Source: Candidatus Kapaibacterium sp. (GTDB taxonomy: Bacteria; Bacteroidota; Ignavibacteria; Kapaibacteriales; UBA2268). Taken from it: a DNA stretch of 64,000 nt. Of this stretch, positions 11,341-19,842 are shown piece by piece; position 1 is the stretch's first letter; each line of letters begins with the position of its first letter. The stretch is from positions 3,648,001 to 3,712,000 of the forward strand of contig OY762428.1 of NCBI GenBank assembly GCA_963665665.1, written 5' to 3'. Position numbers and translations under genes: made by a program. Below the pieces are notes generated by a model that searched no databases, had not been told where the DNA came from, and saw only the letters and a list, made by a program, of their open reading frames with translations.

Positions 11341-13938
11341 ATGAAAAAACGGTATTTTTACAATTCTATGTTGTCCGCACTGGCAATGCTCATATTAGTT
11401 GGCATGAGCAGCGAGGCTTTCGGGCAGACATTTATTAACCAGGGATCTGGTCAGGTTACTAACAGCGGATGTTTTAAGTTCAACACCGCCAGTGGTGAAC
11501 TGCAGAACAATGTCGGGACTGGCGATGATACCCAGACGATAATCAATAACAGCAGCGGTACAATTACTTTCATGGGGCAGGTGGTTACACCAGTGTTCAC
11601 TGGAACCAACCCAATTGGTACGGATAACAACCTTGATCGTATTCAAGGTTCTGTTCGCTATATAAATGATGATGCCGGTGGAAATGTTTATCTTTATGGT
11701 TATGGTGGCGCGGCCGATGCCACATACTACACAAATTTGACTCTTGATGGCCAATCAGCCAAATGGATTCCTGATAATGTGTACGTTGGTGGTGCTTATG
11801 AAAACAACTATCTTACTTCAGGAAGTCGTTCTTATACTGGAACTTTCTACTATGATGGTTCAATTGCTCAGACAATTGCCCCTGAAAATTCTAATTCAGG
11901 TAATTTAAACAGATATAATAATATGGATTTGTCCGGTGGCGGTACAAAAACTATTGCTTATGATGGAACAAATCTTCAGGGTGAAGTATATGTGATTAAT
12001 GAAGTTAATCAGGATGCCACATCCGCATTAAATGTATATGATGACTTCTATGTTGGTCATGCAAGTGGTACCGGCGGTACTTTTGCAGGAAATGTAACAG
12101 TTGGACAGGGTGGCCAGGCTGGTAATATTGACATGGGATTTGGTGACTATGGATTTACCGGTACTAATGTAACAATTGCAAATGGTACCTTTGAACTTGT
12201 TGGAACAGGTAGTTCCTCCTTCAGCGCTGCTGTAGCAATTAACAGCGGTTCATTTACTGTTACTAATACAACCTCCGGCGATCCTTATGCGCTATTTGCC
12301 AGCACAGTTAATGTAGCTGACGGTGGTACGCTTGGTACACAGGATGGAGCAAATGGTGATATCGCTATTGGCACAGCAGGAAGTTTAACTTTAGCTAATG
12401 CTGCCGGTGCTGTTTTAAATCTTGGTACAGGTACTGATATGATAGTTACAGGTAGCTTTACTAACGGTTTGGCTGCCCGTACCAATATGACTTTCGGTGA
12501 CGGATCCAACATGATCTATAATGCTGCCGGAGCTCAGACTGTTGTAAGTACTGCTTCTACAAATCCTTATTCAAACTTGTTTGTTGAAGGTGGGGGTACC
12601 AAAACTCTGGATGCAAATACTAATCCGATGGCTTATGTTGATGATAACTTTGGTATTGGTACATCAACTTATGCCGGTAATGTTGCATTTACTTCAAATC
12701 AGTCCGGTACTTTCACATTTGATGATCTTACTGACTTTACATATAATGCACTTGTAATGAATACGGGAACTGCAACATACCAGGGAACTTCTGAAGTTGA
12801 AGGTAACTTCCGCCGTGGTTCTATAACCGGTAAATTAATGGCTGATGACCAGTTATATACATATAACAATACTGAAACACAGTTGGCATTTGCAAATGCA
12901 CCGGCATTAAATGATTATATGCAGCTTCATGTTGAAGGTGGGCAGTATCCGTCAACAACATATATTGATGCTCCTGATTTAGTCAATGATCCTAACGAAG
13001 ACGATGTCAATAGGCTTTGGGTAACTCATACTGGTTCAAGTGATGGTTCAGTAGAAATTAATACACTCCGCCTTGCATTCCTTGCTTCCGAAGCAACAGA
13101 TGTTGACAGAACAGTAATGCGCGCCCTTGAGGGTACTAATGTTTCTGACGGTAATGCCAATCGTGAGGAAAAACTTAACATGCATTATGCTGCCGGCCAA
13201 ACTAATGGTACAAGTGGCTCTTGGGAATATTTTCAGTTGACAACAACCGGTGATGCTACGCCTTCTCCTTTAGCAATGGTGGGAACAGGTGCATCTGCTG
13301 CTGCCTTGCAGCCAAGATATAGCTTCCAGAATCTTGGTCAGGGTTCAGCTATAGCTCTTACAGATATGGAAAACTATCTAATCACAATTGCAAACGGTCG
13401 TTGGTCTTCAGACGATACATGGGATGAAGGTCGTCCACCGATGTCAACAGAACATGCAATCGTCCGTCACCTCGTATTTACAGGTATGCAGGGTGCTAAC
13501 ATTCTCGGTTCTACCGGTGTGACGACGTCTGAGGCTGAGGTCAATGGTGTTACCACTGTTGGTGATGTTGTTTACCTTGCCAAGAGCGTTGAGATCACGA
13601 ACACTTCTTATTCTGGTGCCAATCCTAATAACGTAGCACTCGTGTTCAACAATATTGATACAGATGCTGATGCTGGTGCGGTTAACCCGGCAAATGCAGT
13701 CTTCGCATTTGGTCAGGGTACACAGACGAATCCTGGTATGGTTAATAATAACGATGATCCCGGAACTCTTTGGGGTAATAATATTGCTAACTTAACATCT
13801 TATAATGGATTACAGGGTGTTTATACTATGGAATCAGAGTCTCCTGGTTCAAGGACAAATGCCGTCAGAGGTTACCAGATTACTAATAATGGTCGCTTCG
13901 TAATCGGTGCAAATTCTTGTGCTGAGGTTGGCGAGTAA
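11341..13938 (+). CDS. Secreted Gly/Thr/Asn-rich beta-solenoid protein, related to the giant protein's modules (candidate major filament subunit)
   Basis: GGAGG RBS. Sec signal ending AFG|Q. YxNLxxxGxxxK rungs and a NGRWSSDDTW motif. Ends in NSCAEVGE. Only two Cys (C44, C860). Confidence 0.75.
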   Translation: MKKRYFYNSMLSALAMLILVGMSSEAFGQTFINQGSGQVTNSGCFKFNTASGELQNNVGTGDDTQTIINNSSGTITFMGQVVTPVFTGTNPIGTDNNLDRIQGSVRYINDDAGGNVYLYGYGGAADATYYTNLTLDGQSAKWIPDNVYVGGAYENNYLTSGSRSYTGTFYYDGSIAQTIAPENSNSGNLNRYNNMDLSGGGTKTIAYDGTNLQGEVYVINEVNQDATSALNVYDDFYVGHASGTGGTFAGNVTVGQGGQAGNIDMGFGDYGFTGTNVTIANGTFELVGTGSSSFSAAVAINSGSFTVTNTTSGDPYALFASTVNVADGGTLGTQDGANGDIAIGTAGSLTLANAAGAVLNLGTGTDMIVTGSFTNGLAARTNMTFGDGSNMIYNAAGAQTVVSTASTNPYSNLFVEGGGTKTLDANTNPMAYVDDNFGIGTSTYAGNVAFTSNQSGTFTFDDLTDFTYNALVMNTGTATYQGTSEVEGNFRRGSITGKLMADDQLYTYNNTETQLAFANAPALNDYMQLHVEGGQYPSTTYIDAPDLVNDPNEDDVNRLWVTHTGSSDGSVEINTLRLAFLASEATDVDRTVMRALEGTNVSDGNANREEKLNMHYAAGQTNGTSGSWEYFQLTTTGDATPSPLAMVGTGASAAALQPRYSFQNLGQGSAIALTDMENYLITIANGRWSSDDTWDEGRPPMSTEHAIVRHLVFTGMQGANILGSTGVTTSEAEVNGVTTVGDVVYLAKSVEITNTSYSGANPNNVALVFNNIDTDADAGAVNPANAVFAFGQGTQTNPGMVNNNDDPGTLWGNNIANLTSYNGLQGVYTMESESPGSRTNAVRGYQITNNGRFVIGANSCAEVGE

Positions 13939-13954
13939 ATCCAATTTGTTTTAT

Positions 13955-14023
13955 TCAGGAGGAGGTTCTCCTCCTCCTGATATTATTAAATTTTAAAAAA
14001 GGAAAACGAGTTGTTTTCCTTTT
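13955..14023 (+). terminator. Two hairpins after the 865-aa gene (terminator/attenuator or stabiliser)
   Basis: TCAGGAGGAGG-ttct-CCTCCTCCTGA (13955-13980) and AAAAGGAAAAC-gagtt-GTTTTCCTTTT (13997-14023). Confidence 0.65.
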
Positions 14024-14093
14024 ACTCGGAAAAGTAAACATGTAGGTTAATAAACATTAATGATAATATCATTTAGAGTAAATATAAAATAAC

Positions 14094-16169
14094 ATGAAAT
14101 ACACGAGAAACATACTACTAATTAGTCTTATTCTAATCATTTCCGCATCTGCTGTTGATAGTCAGGTATTGCTTAGAAATGATAAGAAAAATGCTAAGAT
14201 AGTTAATAACGGTACTTTCCGTGTATTGAAAACAGGTTCGATCGTAGGTATGCCCGATACAATTGGTGGAAGGGTAGAATTCATTAGTGATGAAAGAACA
14301 ATGACTCAGGCAGTTCCGAATTCGACTTACAATCAGTTACTAATAACAGGTTCAACGAAAAAATATATTGATTCAGCATGGAATCATAAAACCTTCAACC
14401 CGCTTCGCACCAGGGATTCTCTGATAGTTGATGGCGAAACGGAATTTAATCTTGATTCTGTTGAAGTACATGCACAGGGGCCAATTGCAAATGAAGCCAG
14501 AATCAAGGGACGGAATGACCTTAGAGCAATAAATGAAGTTAATTCTCAGACGATTCAGGGAAAGGGGCTTATCAGAAGGCTTAATATCGATAATCCCCAG
14601 GGCGTTGATGTAGTTAAAGGTGGTGGCTTTAAAATAACCGGGAAATTAGAACTTACCCGCGGGGAGCTTCGCAATGACGCTGATAATAATTTCCATATCG
14701 AGGATTCGGTAAGGATTATCCGCCATACGGGCGCTTCGCTTGCTAATGATCCTGAATTTGACGGCAGGGATATTGCCGTGGAATATGTTGGTGGCGGTTC
14801 TCTTAGTACAGGTCCGGAATTGCCAAATGATTCAACGTTACTTGCCAGCCTGTATAACAAGACATCAGGCGGTGTTTACCTGACTAAATCCGTAACTGTT
14901 AATGATTCGCTGCTTCTTGTTTCCGACATTACTACAAGCCCGAACAGTACTACTTTTAATGATGATATTGTACTTACATATACAAATGACAAATCTCCGA
15001 TATTTACTAATCATGAAGCGGAGATCATCGGTGCTTTCCGAAGAACTAAGATCAGTTTCGACAGCACAAGGGTAATCTTCAATAATCCATATACCTGGGC
15101 TCTCTTTCTAAAGCCGGAGGATGCGAATGGTTCATCTGATATTACATTTCGCGTAAAACCAAAAACATTCCCTCCGTTTTATAAAGGCGAACTTAAGGTG
15201 CGCAGGAGTTTTGAAATCCGTGCCATGGATAGTAACTATGCCAGCATTGAAGAAGGCATAAACATGAAGGTTGGTTACGGCTGGCGTGTTTCAAAAGATA
15301 CGGCTAAGGACGAAAATCACGGGATGCCCTTGCCTGAATTACTATTCCAGCGATGGACAGGCTCGGATTGGTTTGATTACGATAATTCTAAAAAACCGAT
15401 TCTTGATACTCTTCCGGAATGGGCTTATGCCTCGGCCGATATTTCACAATATGGTGATTTTGCAATCGGTTTGCCGGGTGGAATTCAGTTGACACTTGAT
15501 TCCAGAGTTTTGCTTGAAGGGCCTTATCGATATGGATCAATGGCACAGGACCTGAGATTAAAAAATCTTGTTCCTAAAACTCCACCGGATATCTATCCAT
15601 ATAATCTGGATCCTAACCGAAATCTGATTTTCGTGAATCAAATTCCTGATTCCGTTGTTGATTGGATAGTTATGGAATTCAGGCCTTCCTTTACATCAAC
15701 CGACAGGTTCTATCGTACTGCTTTCCTTAGGTTTGACGGCCGGGTAGTTGACCTTGACGGTATATCCCCGGTACTGCTGTCTAAGGGCGGAATTGACTCG
15801 GGTGAGTACTATGTGGCTATTCACCACAGGAATCACCTTGCAGTAATAACTGAAAAGAAAGTTGGCATATATCCTGAAACTGTTCAGAGGGTACTTGATT
15901 TCACCAATCCAAATATACTTATGGGGCGTTTTAGTGCTCTTAAGCCGATCGATGTTACAGAAGAAGGCCGGGCGATATTCGGTATGATAGGCGGTGATAT
16001 AAATGGTGACGGTATTGTTGATGAAAATGATATGATAGGTGTTTGGAGCGATCGGGATTATGAAGGCCAATATCTTAATACCGATACCCGGATGAACGGT
16101 ATTATTCATACCCGGGATTTCAACGTGAGCTGGAACAACCGGGGCCGGGTCAGCAATCTTCCTAAATAA
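14094..16169 (+). CDS. Secreted protein: N-terminal beta-solenoid related to the 865-aa protein, C-terminal VLLEGPY/HRNH domain with a dockerin-like double Ca-loop
   Basis: Signal peptide ending VDS|Q. IVNNGTFRV...IGGRVEF...YNQLLITGSTKK matches the 865-aa N-terminus. C-terminus has RVLLEGPY...HHRNHL...GDINGDGIVDEND...DTRMNGIIHTRD. Confidence 0.7.
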   Translation: MKYTRNILLISLILIISASAVDSQVLLRNDKKNAKIVNNGTFRVLKTGSIVGMPDTIGGRVEFISDERTMTQAVPNSTYNQLLITGSTKKYIDSAWNHKTFNPLRTRDSLIVDGETEFNLDSVEVHAQGPIANEARIKGRNDLRAINEVNSQTIQGKGLIRRLNIDNPQGVDVVKGGGFKITGKLELTRGELRNDADNNFHIEDSVRIIRHTGASLANDPEFDGRDIAVEYVGGGSLSTGPELPNDSTLLASLYNKTSGGVYLTKSVTVNDSLLLVSDITTSPNSTTFNDDIVLTYTNDKSPIFTNHEAEIIGAFRRTKISFDSTRVIFNNPYTWALFLKPEDANGSSDITFRVKPKTFPPFYKGELKVRRSFEIRAMDSNYASIEEGINMKVGYGWRVSKDTAKDENHGMPLPELLFQRWTGSDWFDYDNSKKPILDTLPEWAYASADISQYGDFAIGLPGGIQLTLDSRVLLEGPYRYGSMAQDLRLKNLVPKTPPDIYPYNLDPNRNLIFVNQIPDSVVDWIVMEFRPSFTSTDRFYRTAFLRFDGRVVDLDGISPVLLSKGGIDSGEYYVAIHHRNHLAVITEKKVGIYPETVQRVLDFTNPNILMGRFSALKPIDVTEEGRAIFGMIGGDINGDGIVDENDMIGVWSDRDYEGQYLNTDTRMNGIIHTRDFNVSWNNRGRVSNLPK

Positions 16170-16213
16170 ACTCTGATTGAATCCCGGTAAAGGATAAACT
16201 TGAAAAAATAAAT

Positions 16214-17548
16214 ATGAAAAAATATTCATACATACTGGTTTTTATTTTTCTCCTCTGTTCTTCAATAGTGTATTCACAGAACAGGGAGATTCTTGGTATT
16301 GTACAGATCGATGAAGTTAACCTGGTGCAGCCTGATACACTGGAATTTGATATTCTTCTGAAAAGAACATCAGACCGATGGGACAGATGGGCTAACGGCA
16401 CATTCCAATTGGAATTTACTGATACAAACTTCAAGCTGGGCCCTTCTGATATGCAGATTGAATACATTTTTAACAGTTCCGATCTGCCGACTCCGCCACT
16501 ATCAGGTGGTGTACTTCCTGTTGATAGTTATATTATAACACCAAGGATTTTAACTGACAGAATCAGTATTACAATAGCCGGACCGGAACTGTATCCTGAT
16601 GCATCTTATGTTCCCATGGATGATAATGGAATAAAGATCGGCACATTCAGAATTTTTTCCAATTTGGGCCAGAAATTATCTGAGTCACTTGGATGGAAAA
16701 TGCCATCGGATTATTACCAGGCATGTGCATATAAACTGAAAAATGATACTATCAGGCCGATAAATATTCCCTGGGCATTTGAAAATGATAATATCGAAAT
16801 GGATAACCTGCGCTCAACCGGCGTTACTTATGAAAGGATTGATACTATTCCACCGCAGATGGTTCTGAAGTATTTTCATGGTGAATATGTCGGCCTTCGA
16901 AAAGTAAGGTTGTGGTGGGAAACTGAAAGAGAGGCTTACAACAAGGGTTTTGTTCTTACCCGTGGAATTAAGCCGCCTTTCGGAGATGACGATGATACTC
17001 AGTTCAATACTCTGATAGCCAGGTTTGACGATGGAATACAGTGGCACAGGGATTCACTTACCGGGCTTGGAACCAAACGCTATGGCCGTGAATATATTTA
17101 TCCTTTCGATACCGTACCATACAGGGGTGAGGAATATTGCTACCTGCTTCAGTATATTGATTTCAATGATTCACTCAGGCATATTCCTTATACTGACGAG
17201 TATGGTGTATATCATGAAAAAGCTATCAGGTGCATACCTATTCCCAATGCTGTTATTTCTGCTGCAGAAGCCCAGCCAAATCCTTTCCGTGAACAAACCA
17301 CCGTGAAATATCTTTTGGATGATAATGTTTTACTGACTGTATCGGTATTCGACCTTCTTGGCAAGGAAGTCAAGAGGCTTATTGATAAGCAGGAGGTTGA
17401 ACTTGGTTGGCATGAGGTTATTTTTAATGCTCCAGTCGAGGAACTAGCCTCGCAGGGCCTTTACCAGATTGTTTTTATTGCTAATCCTATTGACGATCCG
17501 AACGTGGAAATTTCAAAAGCTATCGTTAAAGTGCAGTTGATAAGATAA
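16214..17548 (+). CDS. T9SS type A cargo protein with a cohesin-like N-terminal domain
   Basis: Signal peptide. TLEFDILLK...GTFQLEF beta-sandwich. LWWETERE...GFVL Ig-like domain. CTD QPNPFREQTTVKYLL...VFDLLGKEVKRL...KVQLIR. Confidence 0.7.
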   Translation: MKKYSYILVFIFLLCSSIVYSQNREILGIVQIDEVNLVQPDTLEFDILLKRTSDRWDRWANGTFQLEFTDTNFKLGPSDMQIEYIFNSSDLPTPPLSGGVLPVDSYIITPRILTDRISITIAGPELYPDASYVPMDDNGIKIGTFRIFSNLGQKLSESLGWKMPSDYYQACAYKLKNDTIRPINIPWAFENDNIEMDNLRSTGVTYERIDTIPPQMVLKYFHGEYVGLRKVRLWWETEREAYNKGFVLTRGIKPPFGDDDDTQFNTLIARFDDGIQWHRDSLTGLGTKRYGREYIYPFDTVPYRGEEYCYLLQYIDFNDSLRHIPYTDEYGVYHEKAIRCIPIPNAVISAAEAQPNPFREQTTVKYLLDDNVLLTVSVFDLLGKEVKRLIDKQEVELGWHEVIFNAPVEELASQGLYQIVFIANPIDDPNVEISKAIVKVQLIR

Positions 17549-17609
17549 ACTCTTGATAATATTCAATTTCTAATAAATTCCGGTATTTTATAAATTTTCC
17601 GGAGAAATC

Positions 17610-19535
17610 ATGATCCTGAAACGACACTCCTTTTTCTTAATCATTGTATTATATTCTGCATCCTTTACAGGAGCTTTTAGCAAGTTACAGCTCGTATCGC
17701 CTGCAGTAACTGATACGGTTTTTATTGGCGAGAATATTCTGATACAGTGGGAAGGAGATGAAGGCAGGCCGGTTAACCTGGATTATTCAACTGACATGGG
17801 CGCCGAATGGATTAATATTATTCAGGGATATCAGGGTAGTTCTTATTCCTGGGAAGCTCCATTTCTGGAATCAGTTGACATACGCTTCAGGATTACACTT
17901 GATGAACTGATTAAACCATATATTATCTGGGATACTACAGGCTGCCATAACGCAGAAGTAAGAAGCGCCAGAATAAGCGATGACGATGCATTAGTTGTTA
18001 CATCATCCGATGATGATATAATCAAAATATGGGATATTAACTCCAGAACATTGATAGATTCATATACTCTGAGTATGTCGTTAAATCTTTATAATGCACG
18101 TTTCCACCATGGAACAGATTCAATAATTGCTGCAACAAGCAGCGGATTATTTATTTGGGACAGGAATGCCGGCAGCTTTGAATTATTATCCGGAAGTTCA
18201 TTTACTGACCACGTAAGATCCTGTGCGAGCAGTATATATCAGGATATTGCATTTGGCGCAAGCTATGACGGCAGCGTTAAAGGATTTTCTACTTTTGATA
18301 AATCGGAAATCTATAATTTTCCCGAGCCTTCGAATACCGAGCAATATTGTGTGAATTATTCTCCTGACGGTAGTGCGGTAATTCATTCCGGTTACAATGG
18401 CCTGGTATATTTCCGGTATCTGGATTCACCCGATCCTCCTGTTGTTTTAACGGGGCACGGGGTAAACGGCCAGCGGCTGTTGGTTTGGACGGCCTGTGTA
18501 TCACCGGACAACAGCCTTGCAGCTTCAGGTGGGGTAGATAAAACAGTCAGATTATGGGACCTGCAAACAGGCAATGAGATTATTACCCTTGGAAATCACA
18601 GTGGGCAACTCCGCTCTGTTATGTTTCACCCGAATTCACAATATTTATTATCAGCCGGGCTTGGCGACACACTCAGGCAGTGGAGAATGAGCGATTACTC
18701 GGAATTTACCGATGTGGTTATCGATCACAAGGGACAAATACTGGATGCAGCATATACTCTTACCGGCGATTCGATTATCACAGCCGGAAGGGACAATGGT
18801 TTTAAAATCTGGAAAAACTTTGAATTTACAAATGATGCCGACTCCAGTGAACACCAGTTGAGGTACAGGCTCAGGTTTAAAATACCTCACATATATTCTT
18901 CAGTTCTTTCCCTGGAAGAAATACCAATGATTTGCGAAAGAAAAAAGGGCTATCCGGAGATATTATCGCGTCTTCCTGAGATTGATTTCAGAATACTTAT
19001 ACCCAACAGACTTCTGTTTGTGGATATACCAGGAAAGGTTAAATTTTCTCAGTCCAGGAATGATACCCTGATTGATAAACGGGCAGTAGTGCTAAACGAT
19101 ACGGTCTATACATTTGAAGGGCTGGTATTGCAGGGAGACAGAACATCCGAAGAAATAATAATTGAAAGTATTAATATTCCGAACGACAGCATATTTTATA
19201 TTGAAACTGAAGACGGATCCATAAATATAAGAGAAGAGTGTATAGGAGAATCGGGCAGAGCTGTTTCCTTCATGTCCTATGTCCCCGGTATTAATATACG
19301 TCCCAATCCTGTTGGTAATATTCTGCAGCTTGATTTCAAAACTGTTGCCGACGGTATGGTTACAATTGAGTTGTATGATGAAAGAGGTGCAGCAGTTCTT
19401 GAATTATTCAATAGAAACCTAAAGGGTGGAATTTATAGTATTACACGTGAATTGGACTGTTTGATTTCAGGAGTGTATAATGTCCGTATGGTATGCCCTT
19501 CCGGAATATTTAATCAAAAAATGGTAAAATATTAG
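17610..19535 (+). CDS. WD40-repeat T9SS cargo protein
   Basis: Repeats such as SGGVDKTVRLWD, SSDDDIIKIWD and AGRDNGFKIWK. CTD IRPNPV...ELYDERG...SGVYNVRM...KMVKY. Confidence 0.85.
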   Translation: MILKRHSFFLIIVLYSASFTGAFSKLQLVSPAVTDTVFIGENILIQWEGDEGRPVNLDYSTDMGAEWINIIQGYQGSSYSWEAPFLESVDIRFRITLDELIKPYIIWDTTGCHNAEVRSARISDDDALVVTSSDDDIIKIWDINSRTLIDSYTLSMSLNLYNARFHHGTDSIIAATSSGLFIWDRNAGSFELLSGSSFTDHVRSCASSIYQDIAFGASYDGSVKGFSTFDKSEIYNFPEPSNTEQYCVNYSPDGSAVIHSGYNGLVYFRYLDSPDPPVVLTGHGVNGQRLLVWTACVSPDNSLAASGGVDKTVRLWDLQTGNEIITLGNHSGQLRSVMFHPNSQYLLSAGLGDTLRQWRMSDYSEFTDVVIDHKGQILDAAYTLTGDSIITAGRDNGFKIWKNFEFTNDADSSEHQLRYRLRFKIPHIYSSVLSLEEIPMICERKKGYPEILSRLPEIDFRILIPNRLLFVDIPGKVKFSQSRNDTLIDKRAVVLNDTVYTFEGLVLQGDRTSEEIIIESINIPNDSIFYIETEDGSINIREECIGESGRAVSFMSYVPGINIRPNPVGNILQLDFKTVADGMVTIELYDERGAAVLELFNRNLKGGIYSITRELDCLISGVYNVRMVCPSGIFNQKMVKY

Positions 19536-19678
19536 GAACTCTTTTTTAGTATAAACATTAGAAACTTTCTGAGCAGTTGGTTGTGTGTGTAAGCCCATAT
19601 TTTTTCGTGCATCTTAATATGAATAATTACCTGAGTAAGGAATTTTAGGACGATCTGTCGAATTTACTTAAAATAATC

Positions 19679-19704
19679 AAAGCCGCCGGAATTCCGACGG
19701 CTTT
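19679..19704. terminator. Bidirectional-type hairpin between convergent operons
   Basis: AAAGCCGCCGG-aatt-CCGACGGCTTT, one mismatch. Confidence 0.6.
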
Positions 19705-19842
19705 ACTGATTACTACTAATCAGGTAATCCCCTTGGTCAAAACCAAATTTAAACCAAATTACAGGCTCAAAACCACTATCACCTGCAAAATTTTTAATGT
19801 GTGGCGACAGCTTGTGATTATACTAAACTGCCGCCATCACGA

